Part shown: positions 9,083 through 18,202 of the stretch, one piece after another
Layout of the letters: every line of letters starts with the position of its first letter
How positions within the stretch are numbered: the stretch's first letter is position 1
From: a virus
Lineage: Duplodnaviria; Caudoviricetes
Length of the DNA: 64,000 nucleotides
Direction: 5' to 3' (one strand)
IMG/VR virus record: IMGVR_UViG_3300015610_000633
Location: 1-64,000 of that record
Position numbers and translations under genes: made by a program
The notes under the pieces: generated by a model
Told to the model about the DNA's origin: nothing
Seen by the model: only the letters and a program-made list of their open reading frames with translations
The model's database searches: none

Positions 9083-11029
9083 TTACCTAGCCGTGATCTT
9101 GTTACCAGTTGATTGCGCTTCAATGAATATTTCACCGGGGTATCGTTCGAGTATTGCGCGATCGTGCGCAACAACGAACGCTTGCTCAAAACCATACGTG
9201 CTCTTCAGCATGGTTTCGATATGAGTAGCGAACAACTTTTTATTTGCATGGTCGAGTTGCCCGAAAGGTTCATCAAGCATTGCAAGCCCCCATTGCGTGC
9301 CACGTTGCGTTCTAAGCCACGAACTAGCGGCCAACTGGTAAGCAGCACCCGCCAAGTCTTCGGCGGCCCCTGAACGGTCACTGAGTGTCACTGTTAGCTG
9401 ATACTTTCGTGATTGAGTTCGAGGGCTTGAACACTTGGTACATACCTTGACCCTTTGACCCGGCCCGAATGTTTGTCCGCACTCTTCACAGTTCGTCGCT
9501 AGCTTTTTGCCCTCGGTGTACCATGAGATCTTTGTTTCGAGATCTATGCCGATGCCTTCAAGTAGCGCATTCGCGTTAGTTTCGATCTCTGCCAACGCTT
9601 GTTCACCTGCTTTGCGTTGCGCACCACTAGGCCCCAAAGCAACCGCCATAAGTTGCCACATATCGCGAAGTTCTTCGAACTTGCGAACGGTGCGCTTCAA
9701 CTCATCGCGCTTCGGGATCAACTCGTTCACCGATGTCTTCATTCGTTCAACCGTGGTTCGTATGGTGCGAAGGTTCACAAGACGATCCACATCATCACCG
9801 CTCACTTGTTGCGGCTTCGGGTTGTCACGTATCCAAGCAATGGCATCTTTCGCCGCTTCGTATTGCCTCCTGAACTCTTCAATCCGAGCTTCATCACGAA
9901 GCGTTTGTGTTAGCTGCTTTTCAAGTGAATCGACTATATCGATCAACTTGTTTTTTTCTTGTACAGCAACATCGGCTTCTTGCTTCTTCGTTCGGGCTTC
10001 TTCGGTTTGACTAGACAACTCAGCCTGTACCTGTTCGGGTGTATGACAACCCTTGCAAGTCACAGGACACACACCATCAAACCCGCGCTCAACCTGCTTC
10101 AAATAGTAATCGGCCGTTTGTGTCTTGCGTGCCGCTTCTGTTGTGAGCTTGTAAAGCTCCGTTCGCTTCTCGCTCAACCGTTGCGATATGGGTTCGCTTG
10201 ATGCACCCAACCGTTGTTTGAACTCGCGAGCGTTCGTGATGATTTCATCAACACTATCGGCCCTTTCTTTCATGGTCTGCCACTTCGCGAGCCTCTCTTG
10301 AACTCGCTCATATGTAGCAACCCGACCTTGTGCGATCTCAATCTCAGCATCCAACGCCGCGATCGCTTCATCGACTCGTGACATGTTCGATTCTGTCACT
10401 TCGATGTTTAGGATCTTAGACAATGATTCGATCGCCCTCGTGATCGTCGCTTCAACAGTCAGCAGTGAACCCATATTCAAGCTAACGGTTGTGGTGGTTG
10501 TCTTCTCTTTCTCTTTGGCTACTTCAACCGCCTTATCGAGCTTACTAAGGTCAAGCCATGCCTTGACCATGTCTAGCCGTTCACTCGGTGATGACAGAAT
10601 GAATCGGGCCATTTGCCGTTGCTCGAAATAACAGGTGTTGAAGAAATCACGTTGCGACATGCCGAACATACGCAACACCCGATCGCTAGCTACTTGATCA
10701 ACGAACTCGCCTTCATTGTCTTTCAAATAAAGTTTGGTTGCACCACCATCGCGAAACCGTTTGATCGTTGTGCCGTTACTCATCACCAACGTAACCGAAC
10801 CCGAACGTTCACCACGGGTGATCCATGCTTCTTCGCGATCAAACCGGTGATATCCGAACAATGCGAACGGTATCGACTCCAAGAACGTCGACTTGCCTAC
10901 CCAGTTCGATCGTTCGTGGTTGTGTTGTTGTCGAGCAACAACGGCGTACACCTTCGGTTCAAGATCAAGTTGTTGAAGGCCACGATATCGACACCAGTTT
11001 TCAAGAATAATTTGCTTCACATACATCAC
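9083..11029 (-). CDS. sbcC: SbcC/Rad50-like SMC ATPase
   Basis: Walker A variant NWVGKST, Q-loop YFEQ, coiled coils with CPVTC Zn hook, signature-like SGAAE, Walker B LAMLDEPFGQLD, His switch VVAHD. Confidence 0.88.
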   Translation of the reverse strand: MMYVKQIILENWCRYRGLQQLDLEPKVYAVVARQQHNHERSNWVGKSTFLESIPFALFGYHRFDREEAWITRGERSGSVTLVMSNGTTIKRFRDGGATKLYLKDNEGEFVDQVASDRVLRMFGMSQRDFFNTCYFEQRQMARFILSSPSERLDMVKAWLDLSKLDKAVEVAKEKEKTTTTTVSLNMGSLLTVEATITRAIESLSKILNIEVTESNMSRVDEAIAALDAEIEIAQGRVATYERVQERLAKWQTMKERADSVDEIITNAREFKQRLGASSEPISQRLSEKRTELYKLTTEAARKTQTADYYLKQVERGFDGVCPVTCKGCHTPEQVQAELSSQTEEARTKKQEADVAVQEKNKLIDIVDSLEKQLTQTLRDEARIEEFRRQYEAAKDAIAWIRDNPKPQQVSGDDVDRLVNLRTIRTTVERMKTSVNELIPKRDELKRTVRKFEELRDMWQLMAVALGPSGAQRKAGEQALAEIETNANALLEGIGIDLETKISWYTEGKKLATNCEECGQTFGPGQRVKVCTKCSSPRTQSRKYQLTVTLSDRSGAAEDLAGAAYQLAASSWLRTQRGTQWGLAMLDEPFGQLDHANKKLFATHIETMLKSTYGFEQAFVVAHDRAILERYPGEIFIEAQSTGNKITAR

Positions 11030-11439
11030 ACACCTGCTCTTTCGAACACTTCGATCTTCGCTCTCTCGAACGCTTGCTTCAATGGGTGTTCTTGCCCGTA
11101 CACGCGGTTGAAAACGTCGGTGATGTGACGATCGGCAATACTACGCAATGTTACACCGTTCGTTGATTGTACGGGCAATGCAGGCGCCTTGGTTCGGTAT
11201 CTTGGCATCAACCGAACCGAACAACCCTTACCCGTCAACCATTCAACCGCCTTGTTCACATGACGAGCTTCGGCATGTTCGGGCACATACAACCGAACGA
11301 AGAACCCACCTTCAAACGTTGGTTCAGGTTCTTCATCGGTAAAGAATGCCCACAACGGATCATCAACTCGAACAGTCAACAACTTACGAGCCGAAGCATC
11401 AACAACGAAACTTTCACGCGGTTTGATCGTTCGTCTCAT
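11026..11439 (-). CDS. Small protein between sbcD and sbcC, possibly a separated SbcD C-terminal domain
   Basis: 4-bp overlaps with both neighbours; alpha/beta pattern. Confidence 0.55.
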   Translation of the reverse strand: MRRTIKPRESFVVDASARKLLTVRVDDPLWAFFTDEEPEPTFEGGFFVRLYVPEHAEARHVNKAVEWLTGKGCSVRLMPRYRTKAPALPVQSTNGVTLRSIADRHITDVFNRVYGQEHPLKQAFERAKIEVFERAGV

Positions 11440-12191
11440 AGCTTCACCATCATGTAACCGGGGTTGTGATCTTCCTCATCGAAGTGCAACCTTGCCAGTG
11501 AACCAACAACCACCACTTCAACGCCTTCACGCTGAACGGTTTGGTGTCGGTGATAATGGCCTTGGTACACCCGAACATTAGGAAGCAAGCGAAGCCGATC
11601 AAATGGCAACTCATGATCCAAACCGCGCGCCATGTCACCCGATTCTGAACCGGGTACCATCCCTTTGATTTGCATGTGGCTAATCACTATCGTCGGTGCA
11701 CTGGCATTGCACAACGATGCAAACTTCATCACGTCATTCGCAACACACAGATCATTGTTGTAAGTCGCTAGCGAAGGGTAAGGCAACGCAACCAAGTTGA
11801 AGGGTTGACCTTCGGTGATGTCGCGAGGCTTACACGTTGGGCGATTGTAGAAGTACGGCTTGACCTTCAACGCTTCCGATACGGTGCGAACAATCGAAAG
11901 TGTTGAGTGCTCACTCAACGCCTTCACCACGTCATGGTTGCCTTGCAACCAATGTGAACGAATGCCCGCTTGCGACAACTTCACCACAACACGGACAAGA
12001 AGATCTTGGTATTTGTACCATTCACAAGCGTCAGGTTCTTGGTAGTCACCCAAGAACATAAAGTGTTCAACCTTGTTGTTGATCGCTTCTTCAACAAGCC
12101 ATTCGATGCGCTCGCTCAACTCAGAGAACCGATTCACACCCGCGGTTGATGCGTCTACGTGCCAATCACTAGACAGCATTATCGAGATCAT
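11436..12191 (-). CDS. sbcD: SbcD/Mre11-like metallophosphoesterase nuclease
   Basis: SDWH, LGD, GNHD, SH and GHYH motifs; adjacent to sbcC. Confidence 0.88.
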   Translation of the reverse strand: MISIMLSSDWHVDASTAGVNRFSELSERIEWLVEEAINNKVEHFMFLGDYQEPDACEWYKYQDLLVRVVVKLSQAGIRSHWLQGNHDVVKALSEHSTLSIVRTVSEALKVKPYFYNRPTCKPRDITEGQPFNLVALPYPSLATYNNDLCVANDVMKFASLCNASAPTIVISHMQIKGMVPGSESGDMARGLDHELPFDRLRLLPNVRVYQGHYHRHQTVQREGVEVVVVGSLARLHFDEEDHNPGYMMVKL

Positions 12192-13378
12192 AACTCGCCC
12201 CCCTTATCGGGTTCGCGTTCAGCCATTTCAAGGCGTACGCATTGCGTAAGTTCACAGTTCAACTTTATATCATCGCGCAACGCATGAAGTAGTTGACGTT
12301 CACCGTGCCACTTGCGATCGCCATATGCCAACCAAGAACCCGACGCTTGAACTATGCCGAACTTCTTAGCCATGAATAGGAGATCGCTTGCTTCATCGAA
12401 GCCTTCGGGTGAATCAACCCCGTTGCTCGTATGAAACCAAGCAAGAGTATTTTTGCCTTCTTTACCACCAACTTTAGTTTTTCGAATGGTCAACCTATGA
12501 CGTTCACCGATCACTTCAGCGTCTTCACCGGTGCCGTTTTTCATCCATGCGTCGCGCTCGACTCGAATGATCAACGATGAGTCGAACTCAAGCGCGTTAC
12601 CCCCTGTCATTTTCCAGTCAGTTGCAAACATATCGGTTGACGTGTTTTGCGACTCTCGGGTGATCGCTATCATTGTCGCGCCTGCTTCTGCCAACATAGG
12701 GATCAACTCGTCAAGCCACGCCGCGTTCATGGCTGCTTTGATCATACCAGCGCGACCCTTGAAACCATCGATCCCATTGTCTAGCTTTTCTTTCTTCAGT
12801 TCCGCGGTCATCTTCGCAAGTATGCTTTCGGGCACAAGCTTGCGAATCGAGTCAACACAGATCAACGCTCGGGTACTCGGATCAATCTTACCCGACTTTT
12901 TGCCCTCGATTATGTTGTGCAAAAACTTACGAGTATTGAGCGCGGTTTGCTCAAACGACTTAGGACGTGAAGCGACGAACAACGGCGAGTTTGACACTTC
13001 ACCCATCAAGCCACGAAGCCAACCGATCGGTGTTGTATATTCGGCATCTATGAACCAATAGAAATGTTGACGTTGTAGGAACGAAGAGCCGATACCATGA
13101 CAAAACGAAGTCTTGCCATGTGATGAAGGCCCATGAACCACAACAAACCTTTCGGTAGGCATTCCCCCAACTCGTGTAGCCCAATCAAACGAAATGAACC
13201 GAGTAGGTACAGCCACAACTTCATTCAATACTTTCGCGGCGGGTTCAATACCATCGATCCCCGCGTATATCGATGAGATCGCCTTTTCATTCGGCGCGAT
13301 CGGTTTGGGCGTGTAGACGCTATCAGGGTCAAAGAAGTCTTCATCAAGTGGCGATTGTTTGATCGGTTTGCGTGGCAT
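12188..13378 (-). CDS. recA: RecA/UvsX-like recombinase
   Basis: GPSSHGKT Walker A, IDAEY, VDSIRKL, TGGNALEFDSSLIIRV, KTKVG; start placed at MPRK after the GGAG RBS. Confidence 0.9.
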   Translation of the reverse strand: MPRKPIKQSPLDEDFFDPDSVYTPKPIAPNEKAISSIYAGIDGIEPAAKVLNEVVAVPTRFISFDWATRVGGMPTERFVVVHGPSSHGKTSFCHGIGSSFLQRQHFYWFIDAEYTTPIGWLRGLMGEVSNSPLFVASRPKSFEQTALNTRKFLHNIIEGKKSGKIDPSTRALICVDSIRKLVPESILAKMTAELKKEKLDNGIDGFKGRAGMIKAAMNAAWLDELIPMLAEAGATMIAITRESQNTSTDMFATDWKMTGGNALEFDSSLIIRVERDAWMKNGTGEDAEVIGERHRLTIRKTKVGGKEGKNTLAWFHTSNGVDSPEGFDEASDLLFMAKKFGIVQASGSWLAYGDRKWHGERQLLHALRDDIKLNCELTQCVRLEMAEREPDKGGEL

Positions 13379-13391
13379 GATTGTGATCTCC

Positions 13392-13401
13392 ATTATGCAG
13401 C
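13392..13401 (-). promoter_or_regulatory. GCTGCATWAT promoter motif (recA)
   Basis: Immediately after a terminator and before the recA RBS. Confidence 0.65.
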
Positions 13402-13402
13402 C

Positions 13403-13433
13403 AAAAAAGAAAGCCCCCGATGAACGAGGGCTT
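13403..13433 (-). terminator. Rho-independent terminator
   Basis: Minus strand AAGCCCTCG-TTCAT-CGGGGGCTTT followed by a U-rich tail, just after the SSB-like gene. Confidence 0.75.
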
Positions 13434-13456
13434 ATGTTGAAGCTAAGACAGTCAGA

Positions 13457-14728
13457 TCAAAACGGGAAGTCATCACCATCGGCAAGCGTGGTGTTAGGTT
13501 CATCATTGCGCACTGTAGGCAACTGCGCTTGATGTGATTGTGCCTTCATTTCACTGCGCTTGCGTATCGGTTGCGGTGGTGGGGGTGGTGGTGGCGCGGC
13601 TTGCTCGTATACATACCCGCAATGCGGGCACACAGCAGCGGTTTCTGGCATCGCTTGCCCGCATGAGTCACACGCTACCAGTTCAACCGATTGCGCTTGT
13701 TGTGGTGGCTTCTGCGCCGGTTTGGCTGGCACGTCTACCCGGTTAGACGTTTGTTGTTCACCACCGAACTCGTCAACGGCTTTCTTGTTGAAGGTAGGTT
13801 TTTCAGCCTTGACCTTGAAGATACGATCAAGATCAAACATCGCTTGCACTTGCTTCGGCATGTACGCTTCAACGTATGAACGAAGGTGAGCGACATTATA
13901 CGGCGTTACCTCGTCACGATCGTCAGGTGGTTCAGAAAAGATCAACTCTTTGATATCGTCACGCAATGGAACCACACCCGAGCCAATGGGGATCGCGTCG
14001 TATTTTTCCATTGGCATCTTGTCTTTGTAATACTTCCAACGAAACGCATAAGGCGTGACTAGTGGGTTAGCCAATGCAGCGCCGAAGCTTTCACGGGCGT
14101 GATGAATGGCCCCCTTGACCTTATCACCGAGAAGTGATGTTTCGACCGCCAGTTGAACACCATCAGCCGGTTTAGCGTCGTTCACCACTGCGAACACGTA
14201 GAACAGTTTTGCGTTGCTGCTTTCTTGCCATGCTCGCGACATCAACAACCCGTGTGCACTTGCAGCGGTTTGAATGAAGTCAGGGATCTTGTTGCCTTGT
14301 AGAAGCCCACAAATGCCCGCTGCTGTTAGATTAGTTGTTGTGCCCGCGCCGTCGGTGACTGACCACACAGTAGTCATCGGGTGCAAACGTCGACTCATTA
14401 CAGCCTGATAGATCTCTTCAAGCAATACACCGAAAGGGTCGTTCGGTGGTACTTCGCGCTGACCCGCTTGATTGCGTGCATACATTGATTTATGCACGGT
14501 TTCGGGATCATGAGTCACAAAGTATTTCGTCCAAACTTCAGTCTTTTCAACTTTGGTTTTGTCGGTGTACGTAAACGGGATCGGGAGCTTGTAACGATAG
14601 ATCGGTTTCGGTGGGTATTTAGTATGCAGCCAAACAGTGATTGAGCCATCTTTCGTCCACCCACGAAGCACCTTAGAGTGTTTCGCTTTACCCGTGTCAT
14701 GATTCAAGAAGTCATTGATGTCGGACAT
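13457..14728 (-). CDS. Putative single-stranded DNA-binding protein with a C-terminal Zn ribbon
   Basis: Located next to recA; acidic-aromatic tail DGDDFPF; CDSC..CPHC in a disordered tail; start placed at MSDIN. Confidence 0.55.
   Translation of the reverse strand: MSDINDFLNHDTGKAKHSKVLRGWTKDGSITVWLHTKYPPKPIYRYKLPIPFTYTDKTKVEKTEVWTKYFVTHDPETVHKSMYARNQAGQREVPPNDPFGVLLEEIYQAVMSRRLHPMTTVWSVTDGAGTTTNLTAAGICGLLQGNKIPDFIQTAASAHGLLMSRAWQESSNAKLFYVFAVVNDAKPADGVQLAVETSLLGDKVKGAIHHARESFGAALANPLVTPYAFRWKYYKDKMPMEKYDAIPIGSGVVPLRDDIKELIFSEPPDDRDEVTPYNVAHLRSYVEAYMPKQVQAMFDLDRIFKVKAEKPTFNKKAVDEFGGEQQTSNRVDVPAKPAQKPPQQAQSVELVACDSCGQAMPETAAVCPHCGYVYEQAAPPPPPPPQPIRKRSEMKAQSHQAQLPTVRNDEPNTTLADGDDFPF
13731..13750. 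repeat. 20-bp palindrome copy 4 (intragenic)
   Basis: Exact match; TSNRVDV in the SSB-like linker. Confidence 0.97.
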
Positions 14729-14788
14729 TTTCGGAACCTTTGAACGTTGGTTGTTGATGCGAACTGTTTTTGAGTTCGCGACAATCAA

Positions 14789-14798
14789 ATAATGCAGC
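14789..14798 (-). promoter_or_regulatory. GCTGCATWAT promoter motif (SSB-like gene)
   Basis: GCTGCATTAT in the intergenic space. Confidence 0.65.
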
Positions 14799-14823
14799 CA
14801 TATCAAACCCCCCGCTACTTTTT

Positions 14824-15603
14824 TTATCTCACTAGGTCAGACAACTTCCGGGTACTTTGGCACCGACTAATCCAAAGCTGCACAAGGTGTTCTAGATGCT
14901 TCACGGTTTGGTCGTACTTCCGAAGCCTGGCCTGTTGTTCCTGCCACTCATCAGGGTACATTTCAGCGGCCTTGTAGCGTACGTCGGCATCGGTGATCTG
15001 CTTCGTTCTCAACCCGTCTTTTTTCTCTTTCTCAAGAACTTCCTGCGCTGACTTCCACATCGCGCCTATGATCGGATCATGTTGCGCTTCATAGCGCTCT
15101 TTCATGAGCTTTGCGGTCACATACAGCCGATGTGCTTCGCGCGCATTATCTTCAGCTTCATCAATGTTTTTTTGCAACGTGCCACGATCGGCGCGACCCT
15201 CGCCGACCTTCAACTCACGCTTCAAGCGTTCGTATACGCGATCGATGTCACAATCAAAAATCGTGGTCACTATGCGATCAAGTGGTGCCATATCCAACGC
15301 CGCGTTCATTGACTTGTTTGACGGCAAACTATGTGCACCAAACACCGCGTGAACCGGGTTGTCTGAAGTCTTAGCCTTCGGTTCTTCATGTGGTGTTGCT
15401 GGCACCTTATCGGGCGATTTGACGGGTGCAGTAACGGGCATCGGTAGAGTCTCAACACCACCACCACATTGTTCACACAACACACCACTAGGCGTACTAA
15501 ACACCGGCCCGAAACATCGCTCACATACTTGCCCTTCAATCAATACGGGCGGAGGTGGTTGTTGTGGTTCAGGTGTTCGAACAACTTCACTTCGTTTTCG
15601 CAT
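14824..15603 (-). CDS. Zn-ribbon plus helical protein, UvsY-like recombination mediator candidate
   Basis: CERC/CEQC, then a long helical region (QITDADV...LEHLVQLWISRCQS) resembling the UvsY pattern; sits in the recombination cluster. Confidence 0.4.
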   Translation of the reverse strand: MRKRSEVVRTPEPQQPPPPVLIEGQVCERCFGPVFSTPSGVLCEQCGGGVETLPMPVTAPVKSPDKVPATPHEEPKAKTSDNPVHAVFGAHSLPSNKSMNAALDMAPLDRIVTTIFDCDIDRVYERLKRELKVGEGRADRGTLQKNIDEAEDNAREAHRLYVTAKLMKERYEAQHDPIIGAMWKSAQEVLEKEKKDGLRTKQITDADVRYKAAEMYPDEWQEQQARLRKYDQTVKHLEHLVQLWISRCQSTRKLSDLVR

Positions 15604-18202
15604 GGTTCACTCCGTTCAATATTTCGTCAATCGTTAGCTTCAATGCAGGTGTAACGGCTACCGTGATCGGTAGATCCATCACAACCAACGCGCTCTTCAA
15701 CTTGCATTCGAGTACAACCGGCCTTGAACCGGGATGACTCTTCAACGCCTCACGTATTCTACCCATCACTTTGGTGTGATGTTCTTCAAGCTGCAATACG
15801 AATGGTTTATTCTTTGAGCTTTGCGGTGGTGCCAATAGGACACCCGAAAGATCTATTGTCGCAGGTCTATTACACGATGTGATTTCGGGAAACATCGACA
15901 CCTGACCTTGTTGCTCCAATGACACCCGTTTTGATTCACCCCTGGTTTTTTTCGGCCTGACCTTTTTATATTTATCAAGATCTACTTCGTGATTAGGGAA
16001 TATCGCCGCTAGTAGCCTATAGGTCGGCGGATATACTAGCGACTCCCATAGGTAGAACCGATCGCATTCACCCACCCAATCATCAGCGGGTATTACTTTC
16101 ATGGGTGATGTTGACGCATCGGTAACAATGTATTGCACTTTGGTACCTTTGCCGATTTGCTCACCGCGTTCGAGCAATAGTTTTGCAATACGAATATGTG
16201 GCAATGATTCACTTGGATATTCATTCAATGGTTTTGATATTCCCTTTGACACCTTCACTTCATCAACGGGCAACTGTTCATTCAATACCCGATATGCGCA
16301 ACGCTCAACCAACTTCAAATACATAGTCAGGTCATCACACTTACCGCAGAACAGTTTGATTACATCTTCTTGAAGTCTACGTGCCATCAATAGGGTATCA
16401 CCGCGCTTATACTCAAGCCCTTTCACTTCGGGTTTTGAATCAATGGTTGCGGCCTTGCCCTTATAATGTAGGTATGTGCCAACATATCGCTTTGCGGCTG
16501 TAAACACTAGCCAATCAAACTGTTTTTCATATGCCAGTTTCACATGGTTTCGAGTACACCCGCACTCTTTCAATATTCGTGGATAAAATGTTTCATTGCA
16601 CCATCGTGTGAAATCCTCGAACTCGCCCTTGGTGCACCCTGTCAAAAATACTGAGTCAGTGTCACCATATACCGCGCGCCACCCACGTTTCACTGCTTCT
16701 TCGATTGTCTTCTTGATCAACCATTGCCCGTTCTGTGTTACCGATTCGGCTATTTGACGATCGTAATATCGGCTAAACGTTGACCCTACCACACCATAAA
16801 AACTATTTGCCGCTACCTTATAGGCTGTAGATCTTCGGTCCGCGTCATACCATTCGGGTGTACCAGGCGCGGCATTAGATTTTCGTTCATTCCATTCTTT
16901 GCGAAGTCTAATCAGTTCACTTAGAGCCGTTGGCAATATTGCCCCTTCGATATTATCAAACCTCACACCTGTACTCGGTGACTTGCAGTATGATTGCCCG
17001 TTCAATACTTCTTTGGTTTCAGGGCTCATATTCCACGTCAAAATAATAGACGGGTACAGGCTAGCGAAGTCGCACACATGCACATTTTTGAGAATGCCCG
17101 CCTTCACATCGGGATGCATGACATATGCGCCAGCATATGGATCGTCATCTTCTTTTTTATTATCATCATCAAATAGCTTAGTCGGAAAGTGAAGGCCACG
17201 CTGTGCACCTAGTTTCAACATATAACCATCGAGTTGTTTAGTAGGATTCAAAAACCAAGTATCGCAAAACCCGTGACACACTTCGCATAGTGTCTGAAAT
17301 AGTTTGATGTAGCCTGTTTTTCGTTCAAGGCGTGCCAACAATAGAGTGTCTTTTTTATTATACCGCAACAATCGAGCGCGCTCTTCACCGCCCTTTGACC
17401 ATGCCTCAAATGTCTTCTTTGAATCAAACTCGTCTTTAGCTTCACCGAGTATTGCTTGTGCAATATCATTCAACTTGAACGATTGTTTTTCTTCACCGCT
17501 CTCGCTAGCGGTATTCATACGCCTGAACAATACAAGTTGATCAAGGTACAACCATCGCCTGAACTTCACTTGAAGCCCTACAATGTTCGCGCGTTCCTGC
17601 AACATAGGGAAGTCAAAGCTTTGCGCATTCCAACCCACTAGTTGATCATATTTTTCGGCGGCCTTCCAAAATGCATCAAGTAGCTTTTTTTCAGCTTCAT
17701 CATTGTCATATTCAAGCATGCCAGTTTCTACCACCGATTCATCTTCATTGATCAAGGTCCAACACAATATTCGACATTCGATTTTTCGATCGAATGAAAA
17801 GCGTGCATCGGTTTCAATGTCTACATACCCGCGTGAAGGGGTTGCAATAGGTACTTCATGTTCACTCATATATCGTCTAAGTGCACTAACATCACCTTCA
17901 AATGTAGGGATACCCCTTTGCATAAATGGCCCCCCACCCTGCACCGCTGCTTTTCGATCGTTATTAGTACGCCAATCAATGCGTGTAAATCTACCTTGAT
18001 CGATTATTCTTCGAATAGGCATACCCGGCCCACATGCCCGAAATAGTGCCGATCGTGTACCGGGGTCAACGCGTTCGGTTTCGACAAATGCAGTATATGG
18101 TGCTTCTACCGATCGCTTGCGCAACGAACCATCTTCTGAACGGTAGAGAAAAACCAACAACCCATTGTCGTAATCTTCGAACGCGTTGACAAACCCGGTC
18201 AT
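15587..18202 (-). CDS. polB: Family B DNA polymerase with proofreading exonuclease
   Basis: DIETD exoI, GWN..SFD exoII, YNKKD exoIII, DFASLYPS, K...NSFYG, YGDTDS, KRY. Confidence 0.95.
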   Translation of the reverse strand: MTGFVNAFEDYDNGLLVFLYRSEDGSLRKRSVEAPYTAFVETERVDPGTRSALFRACGPGMPIRRIIDQGRFTRIDWRTNNDRKAAVQGGGPFMQRGIPTFEGDVSALRRYMSEHEVPIATPSRGYVDIETDARFSFDRKIECRILCWTLINEDESVVETGMLEYDNDEAEKKLLDAFWKAAEKYDQLVGWNAQSFDFPMLQERANIVGLQVKFRRWLYLDQLVLFRRMNTASESGEEKQSFKLNDIAQAILGEAKDEFDSKKTFEAWSKGGEERARLLRYNKKDTLLLARLERKTGYIKLFQTLCEVCHGFCDTWFLNPTKQLDGYMLKLGAQRGLHFPTKLFDDDNKKEDDDPYAGAYVMHPDVKAGILKNVHVCDFASLYPSIILTWNMSPETKEVLNGQSYCKSPSTGVRFDNIEGAILPTALSELIRLRKEWNERKSNAAPGTPEWYDADRRSTAYKVAANSFYGVVGSTFSRYYDRQIAESVTQNGQWLIKKTIEEAVKRGWRAVYGDTDSVFLTGCTKGEFEDFTRWCNETFYPRILKECGCTRNHVKLAYEKQFDWLVFTAAKRYVGTYLHYKGKAATIDSKPEVKGLEYKRGDTLLMARRLQEDVIKLFCGKCDDLTMYLKLVERCAYRVLNEQLPVDEVKVSKGISKPLNEYPSESLPHIRIAKLLLERGEQIGKGTKVQYIVTDASTSPMKVIPADDWVGECDRFYLWESLVYPPTYRLLAAIFPNHEVDLDKYKKVRPKKTRGESKRVSLEQQGQVSMFPEITSCNRPATIDLSGVLLAPPQSSKNKPFVLQLEEHHTKVMGRIREALKSHPGSRPVVLECKLKSALVVMDLPITVAVTPALKLTIDEILNGVNHAKTK

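Noticed and set aside
13571-13594. GGT/GGG run as a G4 or tandem repeat
   Set aside because: It is explained by a poly-proline linker in the SSB-like protein.
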